Position numbers and translations under genes: made by a program
Assembly: GCA_004431415.1 (NCBI GenBank)
Contig: QPMI01000017.1
Location: forward strand, 372,001 to 436,000
Length of the DNA: 64,000 nucleotides
Reading direction: 5' to 3'
Origin: Cyanophora paradoxa CCMP329
Lineage: Eukaryota > Plantae > Glaucophyta
The notes under the pieces: model-generated
Seen by the model: the letters and a program-made list of their open reading frames with translations, nothing else
The model's database searches: none
Told to the model about the DNA's origin: nothing
Part shown: piece after piece, positions 32,215 to 44,300 of the stretch
Layout of the letters: each line of letters begins with the position of its first letter
Position numbering within the stretch: position 1 is the stretch's first letter

Positions 32215-35200
32215 TCAGAGGTAGAAGAGCTTCTCGGCGAGGGCGCGGAGGTGCGTCTGGTAGGCCCGGAGCGTGTCCGCGGAGGGCCCGTGCGACCCCT
32301 CCGCGTACACTGCCTCCTCGAAGCGCTGGGGGGGGGGGTAAGAGGGGGGGGTACAGGAGGGGACGAGGGCGAGGGGTACCACGGCGAGCTTCTCGGCGTA
32401 CTTGAGGGGCGCGGGGACTGCCCGGGAGGGGTCAGGGCGCGGCGCGGCCGAGAGGGGAGAGGGGGGACCAGCGGACCGCGGATGGGCCCCGCCCAACCGA
32501 AGCTGCGGCGGCGGTCAGCGAGGGTTCCGAGAAGGCGGGGGGAGTGCAGAATGGAGGGGGAAGGGCGCACTAGGCCTTGGCGAGCTCGTTGGTGGCGCGG
32601 CTGACGGTGCGCATGCCGCCGCGCACGAGCGCCGCGTCGATGGGGTCCGTCAGCAGCTCGTACCGCGTCGGCTTCGCCGCCCCTGCCGGCCCCGCGCAGC
32701 GCTCAGCGGGGGCGCGGAGGAGCGGGCCCGGCGCGCGCACCGGAGGGGGCCTTGTGGGAGATGAGGAAGAACTCGCGCTCGTTCTCCTGCGCGGGGGCGG
32801 CCGCGCGTGAGGCGGCCGAGCTGGAGGGGAGGGCGAGGGGCGGGGCGGGGCGGCCTCGCACCATGACGACCTCCTGGTCGATGCAGGTGCCGGGCTCCGG
32901 GTCGCCGGGGTCCCGCTCCTTCTGCAGGGGGCGTCAGGCGGCGCCCGGGCGGCGAGGGCGCGCGCTTGCGGCGGCGCGCACGGTCAGGTCTGCCGCAAGG
33001 GGCGCGGGGCGGGCGGCGTCAGCGCGCGCGGGGGCCGGAAGCGGCGGGCGGGGGCAAAGAGAGTAGCGGAGCACCGCCCCAGACGTTGAGATGGACCCTG
33101 CGGAGCGGGCCGGGCGGCGCTGGGGTCAGCCAAGCTCAACACCTGCCCCCGGAAATGAAGGCAGGCGCGGGCACCTCTTGGAGACGAGGAAGATGTGCAC
33201 GTCGGGGACCTTGCCCCTGGATCAAATTTAAAGCGGGCGTAAGCGGAGGATTCGCGGGAGGGCGGGCGGCGGGCGGGCGGCGGGCGGACAGGCGGAGGCG
33301 GCAGGCCTCGCGGAGGGCGAGGCCCTCGTTCCTGGCGATCGCCGCCTGGCCCCCGGCCCCCTTCGCGTTCTGCCGCCCCGCGCCCGTCAGGCTGAGGCCG
33401 CCCAGCTGCAGGCGCAGGCGGGGCCCCAGGGACGGCGCTGGCGCGCCTCTCGGTAGACGATGATGCGGGCGGGCGCCTGCGCGGCGCCGCCGGGCGCCCT
33501 GGGCCTGTTCGCCGGCGCGCGCGCCCACGCGTCGACTGCGCGGCCCATCGCCTCGGTGAGCTCGAGGACCTGCCCCGTCTGCGGCGCCTGCCGCGAAGAT
33601 TGGCGCCCGCCCACAGGCGAAGATTAACGTGAAGGGATCGGTGGCGCACGAAGGAGAGGACCTCGGAGTAGTAGGCGGCCCCCGAGTCGTCCGTCGAGAC
33701 CGTGATTGCCGCCGTGCGCGCCCTGCGGCGCACTTCAGAACACATCGAGAAGCGCGTCCGCGCCGCCAGTTCGCGGCGCACTTGACGATGGTGAGGCCGA
33801 CGTACATCGTGCCCCGCAGCTCCTCCGGCAGCTGCGGCGGCGCCGCGCCGACCGGCCACGTCAGGAGCCAGCGCGGCGAGCCGAGGGCTAGGAGAGGCGG
33901 GAGGCAGGGTGCACCGGGACCTTCCAGAGAGCCCCGCCCTCCTTGCACACGATCTGGCGGGGGCGCGCCGGGCGCTTCAGAGGCGAGCAGGGGCGAGCTC
34001 GAGGGGGCGGCAGGGGAGTCCAACCTGGCCGAGCAGCCCGACTGCGGCATCCCTCCACTTGTCGCCGTTGACGGTCCTGCCGCGAGAGACTCGCTTCGAA
34101 AAGCAGGGAAGGAGGCGGGTGCAGGAGAGGAAACCGAATCCCAGCGCACTCGGGTCTGACGAACTGGGAGGGGCACTGGAGGCGGAAGAGGAGGTGGCGG
34201 GAGAGCTCCGGGTAGAAGCCGGCGTCGTGGCGGCCCGGGAGCAGCACGACCACCGCGTCCGGCGCCCCGCCCCTCCTCGTCTCCTGCGCGCGCAACGCCG
34301 CTTCGAATTCGCCGGGAGATCGCGGCTGGAGGCCGGCGGGCAACACGCACCGCTTCGAGCGCCGTGATGAAGTTCGCGGCGGACTTCCCGCCCACCACGA
34401 CCGGCACGTTCTCCCACGTCTTGTTCAACAGCTCCTGCGTCCGCTGCGTGTGGCGAGTGCGTTTGACGCGAGCTCGAGTCTCCGGGCGAGCGCCAAGGCA
34501 CATCCGTGGGCACACACCCGCAGGAGGTCCCGCTCGATCGTCCTTGCCGTGTTCTCCGCGCCCTGCTCGTACAGGACGAAGATGCGCCGGTTCTTGAACT
34601 CCGGCGCGACCGCCGGCTGGTTCTTCCCGATCTCCTGGCGCCAGTTGATGCCGACGGACTGCCGCCCCCCGTTCCCGAACGTGAGCGTCGTCCGCGACGG
34701 CCCCACCTCGACCTGCAGGGCACGGTCCCGAGTCAGCCGGGCTGGGCAGCACGCGACTTCGACTCCGGCGCCCTGCGGCGCACCTGGAACTTGACCATAT
34801 TTTCCGCCACGGAGAGGCCCGTCTGCGCCCCGCGGCGTGAGAGATGGTGCATGGTGCCGCCCACGGGCGCGCACGGCTTCCAAGAGGGCCTTCTGTTCCG
34901 GCTCTGCTCCGAGCTGCTCGAGCCGGAATTTCTGGAGGTCCTGCGGGGGCAACGATTTGAACGTTAACGGGGTCCGGCCGGGGGCGCTGCGGGGCGCACG
35001 TCGTGCTTCCAGCGGGAGCCGCGGAAGTTGTCGCCCCGCGGCTTCGTGAACTTGGCCACCTCCCGCGTGATCTGCCGCTTGTCGCTCTCGTCCTCCGGCT
35101 TGTTCTGCGCGCCGCGTCATGATCAAATCAGGGAAATACCGATGGATGCGCAAAAGAGCACCACGCAGGCGAACTGGGAGAGCAGGAAGACCTGCGAAGA

Positions 35201-38001
35201 AGCGGGGCGATCACGATCACTACGGGAAGAAGGCGGTCGCGAAACGGATGGAGCGACGTTGCGCGCACCTCCATCGGCTCCTCCTCGAGCTCCTCGCCGC
35301 GCGCGGCGGCCTCCTTCCGCCGCTGCCGCCGGGCGAGCTCCCTCTCGTGCTCGAGCCACGCCTGCGAGGTGCGGAGCTCGGGGGCCGGCGGCTGCGCGAG
35401 GCCGTTGAGGTCCGCCGACGCCTCGATCGTCTCGACGTCCCCCGCCGCCGGCGCGCTCGCCCGTGCCGCGAACTGCTGGACGAGGCGCGCGTCCGCCTGC
35501 TGACGCGTCTCGCCGCCCTCCGCCGGCGGCCGCGGCCGCCGCCTCCGCGGCCGCGTCCAGGCCCGCAGGATCGGCTGGGTGGGGGGGTCCACGGAGACCT
35601 GCGCCGGGGTCTCGATTCCTGGGCAGAGAAAGACCGCCGAGATCTCAAACGTGACCTTGTACTCGTCGGTGACGTGCTTGCGGAACGAGACCTCCCTGTT
35701 GTTCTTGATGAACGTCCTGCAGGCGGAAACCAGGGCGTCGGCCGCGGTGGGCCGAGCTCGAGCTCAAAGCAGCGGCGCGCTGCGCGCACGACTCGCAGGT
35801 CTTCTCCCAGGCGACGGGCTCCTTCGGGTCCAGGTCGTACACGCGCTCCTGCAGCACCATGCGCCCGTCCGTCCGGTTGCAGTACCTGCGCCGCTGTGAG
35901 AACGGGCGCCCAAGCCCAGCGCGGGGAGGCGCACCTCATGTAGACGGTGTAGCCCTTGCTGGCGTAGTCCCGCAGCCTCCTCGTGAACTCGGCCCTGGCC
36001 TGCGCGGGGGAGGAGGTGGAGCGCTCCAGCTCCCTCCACTCGTCGTACGCCGTCTCTGCCGTCGGGGCCGTCGGCGGGCGCCAGATGGGACGTGCACGCG
36101 GGCGGGCGGGCGGGGCGCACGGAGGCGGAGGACGCGCCACTCGCGCTCCAGTTGGATCTGGCGGCGCGGTGAGAAGACCGGGCAGGAGGGCCGCGGGGAC
36201 GGGCGGGCGGGGACCATGAGGCCGCCCTGGGTCTTGAGGATGCTCGTGAACATGCCCTTCCTCAGCATGAAGCCGCGCACGTTGAACGCCTGCTGCGAGC
36301 GGTCCTCGATCATCTTCCGCCCGTAGCTCGTGTAGTCTGCGCGCGCGCGGCGACGTCCGTCAGATATAGATCTGAAATCGCGTGAGTTTGGTCGCTACAG
36401 CGCACTCTTTGCGTAGCTGATGAGCCGGCGGTTGGCGAGCCGCTGTGGCGGGACGAAGCGGCTTTAGTTGCGCCGGCGGCGCGGCCTCAAAGCGAGAGCT
36501 CACGAGGAAGTGCTCGCAGACTGGCTGCTCCGGGGAGAAGACGTAGTCCTTGATGTACTGGAAGTTGACCTGGATGCGGTCCCCGTCCTGCGGGCTTCTC
36601 AGCGGGCGCGGGCGCGATCGCGAAGTGGGATCGGAGGGGCGTGCCGGGTCGGAGCTGTTGGTGATCGCGCACTTGACGCGCTCGACCCTCTCGCGGACGT
36701 CCGGGAAGGGCGGGTTGACGAGGTAGAGGACGGTGGGGTTGCGCGGCGCCCGGTTCGTGAGGAGGAGCGGCTGGGGCCACTCCCGCGTGGCCTGGAGGGC
36801 CCACGGGCGCAGCCGCCTCGCGACGCCCTCGAGCGCCGCCTCGCGCATGTCCGTCCCCTCCACGTCCGGCGTCATGAAGACGGCGAACTCGAAGACCCGC
36901 GGCTGCCGCTGCTTCTCCGCCGGGGCGGACTGCGCGGGCGGTCAAGGCCGACGCCGCGCAGGCAGAGGGACGGCGAAGCACCGTCTTCCACATGTTCACC
37001 GTCACCTCCAACCTCCTGGCGCCGCCGCCCCCGGCCTCCCAGCCGCCGCCCCCGCGCCCCCCGCCCCCGCCCCAGCCGCCGCCGCCGCCGCGGCCGCCGC
37101 CTCGGCCGTGGTGGCCCCCTCCGCGGCCGCCGCCGGAGCCCTCCCCGCGGCCCCCGTATCCGGAGCCGCCGGCCCCCCGGTCCCCGCTGGAGCTCGAGCC
37201 GCCGCGCGGGTCGTACCCCCCCGGGCCTCCCGCCTCGAGCCGGGGCCGCTTCTCCTCCCGGTCGCCCCCGCGCTGCTGGCCGCGGTCTTGGTTGAGAAAG
37301 CCGCGCTCCAGGCCCCGAGGGCGATCACGGTCTTCCTGCCGCGGCTGCTGGCGCTGCTGCTGCTGATCGTACTGCTGCTGATGGGCGGGGGCGGGGGCTT
37401 GGCCGTAGCCTGGAGGCACCGCAGGGTAGCCATGAGAGGGCGGCTGCTGGCCATGGCCGTAAGCAGGCGAAGACTGCTGGGAAGCGGCCAGAGGTCCCGA
37501 AGCTGGTGGCATCTCAGTTAGGCTGGCAAGAAGCTGCTGCAGCTCTATGGCGGCAGAAAGATTTGCTGGCGGTGCTGGGCCATGGGCAGCCCCGAAGCCG
37601 CTCGGAGCGGCCGGGGCTGGCTGCTGGCCGTACGCGTGCGGCTGCGCGTACTGGCCAGCATGACCGTGCGCGTACGGCTGCTGCCCTCCGTATTGCTGCC
37701 CGCCGTATCCTTGCTGCAGCTGCCCGCCGTACGGCTGCTGTCCGCCGTATCCGTGCAGCTGCTGGCCGCCGTATGGCTGCTGCCCGTCGTACGGCTGCTG
37801 TCCATATATGTAGCCTTGTGCGTTTCCGCCCGAGCGCGAGCTCGCCTGCAGAGCACGCCATGAGCGCCGAGAGGCCGCGCGACGACGAAAGCGGGTGTCT
37901 CTAACCTGAAGTCCGGGCGGCGGATAGTGCTGTCCTTGAGCATGCTGACCAGGAGGCGCCGCCGGCCAGCCAGGCGGCGGACCATGGCCACCAGGATTCA
38001 T
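32215..38001 (-). CDS. PIWI-like Argonaute with substituted catalytic tetrad
   Basis: Q/G/Y-rich and RG-rich N-terminus, LEVTVNMW, a PAZ-like region, MID motifs FYPELSR...CPSQFV and QIVCKEGGALWKV, PIWI motifs TMYVGLT, ARIIVYRE, PGTCIDQEV, EFFLISH, AKPTRY and VPAPLKYAEKLA, ending KLFYL*. Confidence 0.85.
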
Positions 38002-38360
38002 CTGGGCGGCGAATCGTTGCGGATCGGACGCGGGATTGCGTTAATCGCGCATCGGGGGTCTTCTCCGACCTTTTCGGTGCGTATCCGGCGCACTCAGAGG
38101 GGCGGTCGACGATAGCGAGGCGAACGTGCCTCTGGCTGCTGACGGACCTCTGCGGCGGGCCCTCGTCGCTCACCGACCGCCCGGAGCGGTCGGGGGGCTT
38201 CGGCCGAGATTGGGGTGAACTTTGGGGGTCTTTTGGGATGAGCTCGGGGGGTATCGCGTGCAATCCCTGGTTCGGCCGGAATACGGCCGCGCAATCAGTG
38301 CCGGCCGCCGTAGCTCGCACAAAGACCCGAAAGCGGTGACGGACCGGACTCGAATGCGAG
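38002..38360. promoter_or_regulatory. Putative bidirectional promoter and 5' UTRs shared by the PIWI-like and Dicer-like genes
   Basis: Only about 360 bp separate the two divergent start codons (38001 on minus, 38361 on plus). No specific motif was identified. Confidence 0.5.
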
Positions 38361-41300
38361 ATGCCTGGGCAGCCGACGGCGATGGACGGGCGCGCGGTCG
38401 AGTCGTCATGGGCAGCACCCCAGGAGCTGAAGAATGCCTTGCAAGTCCTATCTACCCACGCGGCAGTGTTCCTGCGACGGGTTCTCATCGAGAAGCACGG
38501 AGGCGACGGAGACGGCAGAGCGGGCGTCAATGCAGGCGACGCTAACGTGAAACGCATCGCTCTCTTGTTCACCAGGAAATATGCACGTATCAAGTGCCGC
38601 CGCGTCGCAAGAGAACACTCAGAGGCTGATCGTTCTCTCGCAGGTGGAACTGCGCCTCGAGAAGATCGCGGGGGGCCGGTGCATGAGCGGCAAGCTACAC
38701 AGGACGCTCGACATCGTCGCGCTGCTGGATCTCCGCCAGACCGGAAACGCCGAGATTCATGTCGGCTGCAAGGTGTGCTGCCTCGAGTCGGCTGCCTTGC
38801 CGCTAGCTCGTCGACGTCCTGCTGACCCGCGTCTGTCTTCGAAGGACTGTGGCACGGATTTCCTTCTGCTGGCGAGCGGCCGCACCCTCAAGGACGTGTA
38901 CCGGATGACGAGGGGCCGCCCGCAGCGTGCGCACCCCTATGCGGGCCCCCGGTGGGCGCCTCACGGCGCCCCGCAGGCATGAGCGTGGACGCTGAGCTCC
39001 GGCCGTGCATCGCGGCCCTCGCGCGGGCCGTGGAGGCCTGCGAGCGCGACCCGAGGCTCTCCCCGCAGGAGCGCGACCGCTTCCTGATCCTCCTCAAGAA
39101 CGGGCGGCCCTGCGCCCCGGTCCGGACCATCAAGAGCGAGGACTGCCTGCCCCGCGACGAGCGCCACGAGCTGGCGCGCCCGCCGCACGCCGCCGTGGCC
39201 ACCCGCGCGCGGCGCCTCGCCTCTGACGCACGCGCGCGCGGCGGCGCAGTACGCGGCGCTGGGGCGGGCGATGCACGCGTACGCGCCGGAGGGGAAGGGC
39301 GTGGACCGGCACATCGGGCTGCTGCGGAAGCGGGGCCTGCCGCCGGGCCTCCTCGAGACTCTGCTCGGCAGCGAGTTCTTCTTCACCTTCGACGACCGCG
39401 CCGTGCGCGCCCGCACCGCCCGCCGCCCGCCGCCCGCCGGCGCCCGTCGCGAGGCCGGGGCGCAGGTGCCAGACCTGGAGGAGCTCGCGCGCGGCAAGCG
39501 CTGGCACATGCTCCCCGGCGTGGACGCCAGCGGCGGCCGCGCGGCCATCCCGGGCGGTGCGGCGCCGCCCCCCCGGCCCGGCCCGGTCCGCCCCGGGGCC
39601 GACGCGAGCAGGCCCGGCGTGGCGGGGCCTGTTCATCCCTGCGATGGACGCCCAGCAGCGGGTCCTGGCGGGCCAGGTCAAGCCCTTCGCCTCGACCGCG
39701 GGACCCGCCCTCAACGTCCCCAAGCGCGCCCGACCTCCGCCCCGCCCCGGCCCGAGCGAGCGCGCGCTCCTCGCCGCCTCCGCCGCGCTGACGCCGGCCG
39801 ACCAGGTACTCGACGTGCGGGGCGTCGAAGCGGATGCCGTGCTTCCTCCTCCCCGAGCTCGACATGAGCCCGCCCAACTTCGTCTGGGTCCCCGAGACCC
39901 TCCCCGGGGACCGCAGGCCGTCCGCCCCCCTCCCCGCCCCGCCATCGCCCCCGCCCTCGCCGCCCCCGCCCACGCGGCCGGGAGCACAGCTGGTTGGGCC
40001 TCACGGAGGGCGGGCTGAAGTCGGCCACCACCGCCGCCTACTTCCAGATACCCGTCTTCGGGGCCGGCATGTGCGCCCGCCCCGCCCGCCCCGCCCCGCC
40101 TGGCGGCCCCGCGTGTAAACCGGGCGGGGCGCAGCGGCTGCGGGGGCGACTTCTGCGCCTCGCTGCCCTTCTTCAGGGACGCCTTCCGCTCCCTGCAGGC
40201 CCGCTTCGGCACCAAGCACGTGCGCCGCCCTCCCCCCGCGCCCTCCGCGCCCTCCGAGGGGCCCGGCAGGTGGTCTTCTTCCCGGACGCCGGCTGCTTCG
40301 AGAACGCGCAGGTGGCGCGCCGCAACGCCGAGACCCTCCTTCTCTTCCGCGACGAGCTCGGGTACCCCGCCCCGCAGCCAGGCCGCCCCGACCCGCGCCG
40401 CCTCATGATCACGGCTCGCCCCGGCAGGGTGGAGCCGTCGGTGGCGTGGTGGCCCTGGCTCTGCTCCGCCGACGCCGACGCCGCCGGCCAGCGCAACATC
40501 GGTCCGCCCGCCCGCCCCGCCCTTCGAGCTCCGCCCCGTCGCTGCGCTCTGCCCTCTCCGAGCGCGCAGACGACTCAGCGACTTCGTCCGCGGCGCAGAC
40601 GACTTCCTGGCGAAGGTGGTGAACTTCCGGGGCGTGCAGCTGATCTCGGCGGGGAGCTTCTGGGCGACGCACGAGGCGGCGGCGCGGGACCCGAACCTCG
40701 GCGACGAGCTCCGCCGGCGCCGCCTGGAGGCCTGGGAGGCCGTCGTCGCCGCCGTCCCCTCCGAGGTCCCCCCGCCCCCTCCCGCCCCGCCCCGCGCTGC
40801 GCCTCTTCGCTTAGCCGGCCCCGCCCCGGCGCAGGCGCAGCGGACGCGGAACGTGGCGCCGCCGGCCCCGTGGCTGCTGCGCGTGTACGAGCCGATGGCG
40901 GAGGGCGCCGAGGGGGCGCTCACCGTGTGCGAGGTCTTCCCGGAGGGCGCGCCGCCGCCCATCCAGCACCGCGAGCCGCCCCGCCGCCGCCCGCCCGCCT
41001 CCGGCTCCGGCGACCTCCTCGTCGAGAGCTCCGCCCCTCCGCCGGCCCCGCCCCTCGCCCCGGTGACCGCGCCGACCGTCATCACCCACGTGGCCATCCA
41101 CCACACCGTGCGCTCCGCCCCGGGCCCGCCTCGCCTCGTCCGCCCCCCGGGGCCTGACCCGCCTCCCTCCCGCAGCCGCCGCCGAACGGCTGGCACCCGC
41201 AGGGGCCGGCGCCCGACCAGTCGGGCGTCAGCGTCGCGGCCTGGCAGCAGCAGCCGTACTCTGCGCCCGCGCAGCCGGCGCCGATGGAGGCCCAGCGCTG

Positions 41301-44300
41301 GGAGCCGCAGCCGCCCGCGCAGTACACCAGCGGCAGCAGCAGCGGCAGCAGCGTCAGCAGCGGCGGCAGCAGCAGCAGCGCGCCGGCGGCGGGACAGCCG
41401 GCGGGGGCGGGGGCAGCGCGGCAGCCGGCGCATCGGCGCGTCTCGTTTGCAGAGGGCGGGAGCGGGGCGGGCGGCGAGGCCGGGCCCGGGGCCGGGGCGC
41501 GTACCGGAGCGTGCCGCTGGCGTACGGCGACGACGGGGAGCCGCGGGGCGGGGGCGGCGGGCGCTCGCGGGCGGGGCCGTCGGGCCTCGGGAGGCGGGCG
41601 GGGGCCCCGCCGGAGCACCCGCAGGCTTCCAAGCGCTCCTGCCCGCAGGCCCTCTCCGAGGCAGAGGTGAGAGGGCGGCCCGCCCCGGGCCCCGCGGACG
41701 CCGACGCCGCCGCCGACTCGGCCGGGCAGCAAATCGAGCGGGCGCTGCGGGCGTCGCTGAAGGAGAAGGAGGCGCTGGAGCGGCGGCGCGCCGCGGAGGC
41801 CGACGAGGCCGAGGCCTTTGGCGATCTCGAGGAGGCACCCGCCCCGCCCCGCCCCGCGCGCGCCCGCCGCCGACGCCGCCGCCGACTCCGGCGCGCAGGA
41901 GCTGGAGCGGGCGAAGCGGGAGTCGCTGCGGGAGGCGGAGGAGCAGGCGCGGCGGCGGGCGGAGGGCGCGGACGACGCGGAGATGGAGCAGCTCAGCGCC
42001 GTCCTCTCGGAGAGCGAGCGCCTCCACCGCGAGGAGCAGGAGCGCCTCGCCGCCCAGTGCGCCTCGGCCCTCCCGGCCTGGCCCGTCCCGGCCCGTCCCG
42101 CTGACGGCGTTGGGTCGCGGGGGCAGGGCGGCGGGGGAGGAGGAGGCGGAGGTGGAGCTGGCGAAGGAAAAGAGCGCGCTGGCGGCGGTGGAGGAGGCGG
42201 AGGTGCGGGAGGCGCTGCGGCTCTCGCAGGTCCCCGAGCGGCTGCGGCGGGCCGTCGAGGCGCAGTTGGGGCGGCGGGCCCCCGCCGGCCCCGAGGCCTA
42301 CCTCGACCTCGACGACCTGAGGGACGGCGGCGGCGGCGGGGGCGGCGGGGGCGGCAGCAGCGACGAGGAGGCGGGGCCGACTCGGACGGCGAGGAGCCGG
42401 CCTGGCGCTGCTCGGACGCCGCCGCGGGGGCCGGCGCCGGCGCCGGCGTCGGCGTCGGCTGGCTCCCCGCCGCGGCCGCCTCTCAGCCCCACGGGGAGGA
42501 GGAGGCGCTGCCCGCCGCGCCGCACACCCTCACGGCGTTCTCGAGCGGGGCGCGGCCGGCGGCGGCGGGGGGCCGCGCAGGGGGCGGATTACGCCATGAT
42601 CCGGCTGGAGGCGGCGCAGCGGATCATGGAACGCCAGGGCTGGCACCCCGGGGAGCCCCTGGGGCGCCGCGACCGCCCGGACGCCCTGGGCCCGGGCGAC
42701 GTCGTTCCCGTCGCCGAACACGTGGCGGGGCAGCTCGACCGCCGCGGCGTCGGCGTCCCGGGGCCCCTCGTCCGCGCCCAGCCGGCCCCGCCCCCGTCCC
42801 CGCGCGCCCTCTCCCCGTACCCGCCGAGCCGGCTCCCGCCCCGCCCCCGCCCCCGTGCCCGTGTCCGTGCCCGGGCCTTCCGGCTATGGCGAGCCGGCCC
42901 TGCCGCCCCTCGCCGGCAGCTTCCACCCCGCCGCTCTCGCGCCCCCGCACGGAACCGGCCCCGGCTTTGCCCCCGTCGCCGCCGCAAACGCCGCGGCGGC
43001 GGTGCCGCACGGGGCGGGGGCGGCGGGCTGCCGGCACCCGGCGCAGTGCTGCGCGCGGCTGCACGCGCTGGAGGCGCCGTTCGTCGCGCTGGACGCGGCG
43101 GTGCGCTGGGCGGCGGTGCTGGCGATGCAGGCCGAGGTCGAGGCCGCCCTCCGCTGGCTCCTCTTCGCCGCCTGGCTCGCCCACCCGCCCGCCCGGCCCC
43201 CGCCAAGGCCCCCGCCCCGGCCCCGCCTCCCCTGCCGCACTCCTGCCCGCCCCGCGCCCCGCTCCGATCGTCCCTCCCGCGTACCCCCCTCCATCAGCGG
43301 CCCCATCGAACCCCCGCAAGGGGCCTCATCGTACCCCCCTCCAGCGGCCCCATCGTACCCCCGTCAGCGGCCTCATCGCACCCCCTCCAGCGGCTTCATC
43401 GTACCCCCCGCCAACGGCCTCATCGTACCCCCCTCCAGCGGCCTCATCGTACCCCCCTCCAGCGGCCCCATCGTACCCTCCGCAAGGGGCCCCATCGTAC
43501 CCCTCGCAAGGGACCTCATCGTACCCCCCGCAAGGGGCCTCATCGTACCCCCCGCCCGCGGTCGCTGCCTCTTTTCCTCCGGCGTACCCCCCGCCAGCGG
43601 CTCCCCCGTCCTGGGCCGTCGCGGCCCCCGCGGTGCCCGCCGTCGCCGCCCCTGCGCCCTCCCCGGCGCTCCGGGCTCCCCGCGGGCCCGTCCCGGGTCC
43701 CTCCTCGGCTCCCGCTGTACCCCCGCCCGCTAGGCCGTCGGCGGCGGCGGAGGCGGAGGAGCGGGGTACGCTCTATGCCCACGAGGTCATCTTCGACCCC
43801 CCGATCTGCGTGCGCCTCCGCCCCTGCCCCTTGCCCCGCCGCGCCCGACCCCGCCCCCGCAGGCTTACCCGAAGGATTACCTTGGCGGGCGGGCCTTCCG
43901 CACGTACCACCTCCTCACGCGGGAGCCGCTCGAGGCCCCGCTCGAGGCGTTGCCCGTCGAGCGGGGCCCGCCCCGCCGGGTGACGCTGCGGCCGCTGGGG
44001 CCCGTCGAGCTGGGCGCCCGCGAGCTGGCGGCGGTCCGCCGGCTGAACGCAATGTTCGACGCGCGGCTCCCGGCGGACAAGAAGGACCCGAACTACGGCT
44101 ACATGCCGCGCCACGCCGGCCGCCTCGCCTCTGACCCGGACCCGCCGCTCCTCTCCCCGCGCTTCGCCGCCCCCGGGGCGCCCTACGACGAGCCCGAGCT
44201 GCGGGACGAGGCGCTGCAGGCGGCGCTGCTCGAGGCGGCCGCCGGCTTCGCGGCGGGGCGGCCCCGCGTGCTCGAGCTGCTCGCGGCGCAGGAGCGGGAG

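Noticed and set aside
38644-38860. Cys/His residues (C...H...HVGCKDC) as a primase zinc-binding domain upstream of TOPRIM
   Set aside because: The spacing does not clearly match a CHC2 or Cys4 ribbon, so it is too weak to call without a profile search.
40560-40605. Duplicated acceptor gcgcagacgact as regulated alternative splicing
   Set aside because: The upstream acceptor gives a premature stop. There is no transcript evidence, so the downstream site was used.
39130-42027. 965-aa minus-strand ORF and many other long Arg/Gly/Pro/Ala-rich ORFs (for example 53673-57080 and 4056-5609)
   Set aside because: These are shadow ORFs caused by stop-codon scarcity at very high GC. They overlap spliced genes with recognisable motifs.
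43270-43560. Possible CRISPR-like array
   Set aside because: The units are contiguous 21-bp tandem repeats with no unique spacers, in coding context, and there are no cas genes.
40616-44134. 1172-aa ORF treated as a separate gene
   Set aside because: Only parts are true exons. It reads through introns of the Dicer-like gene.
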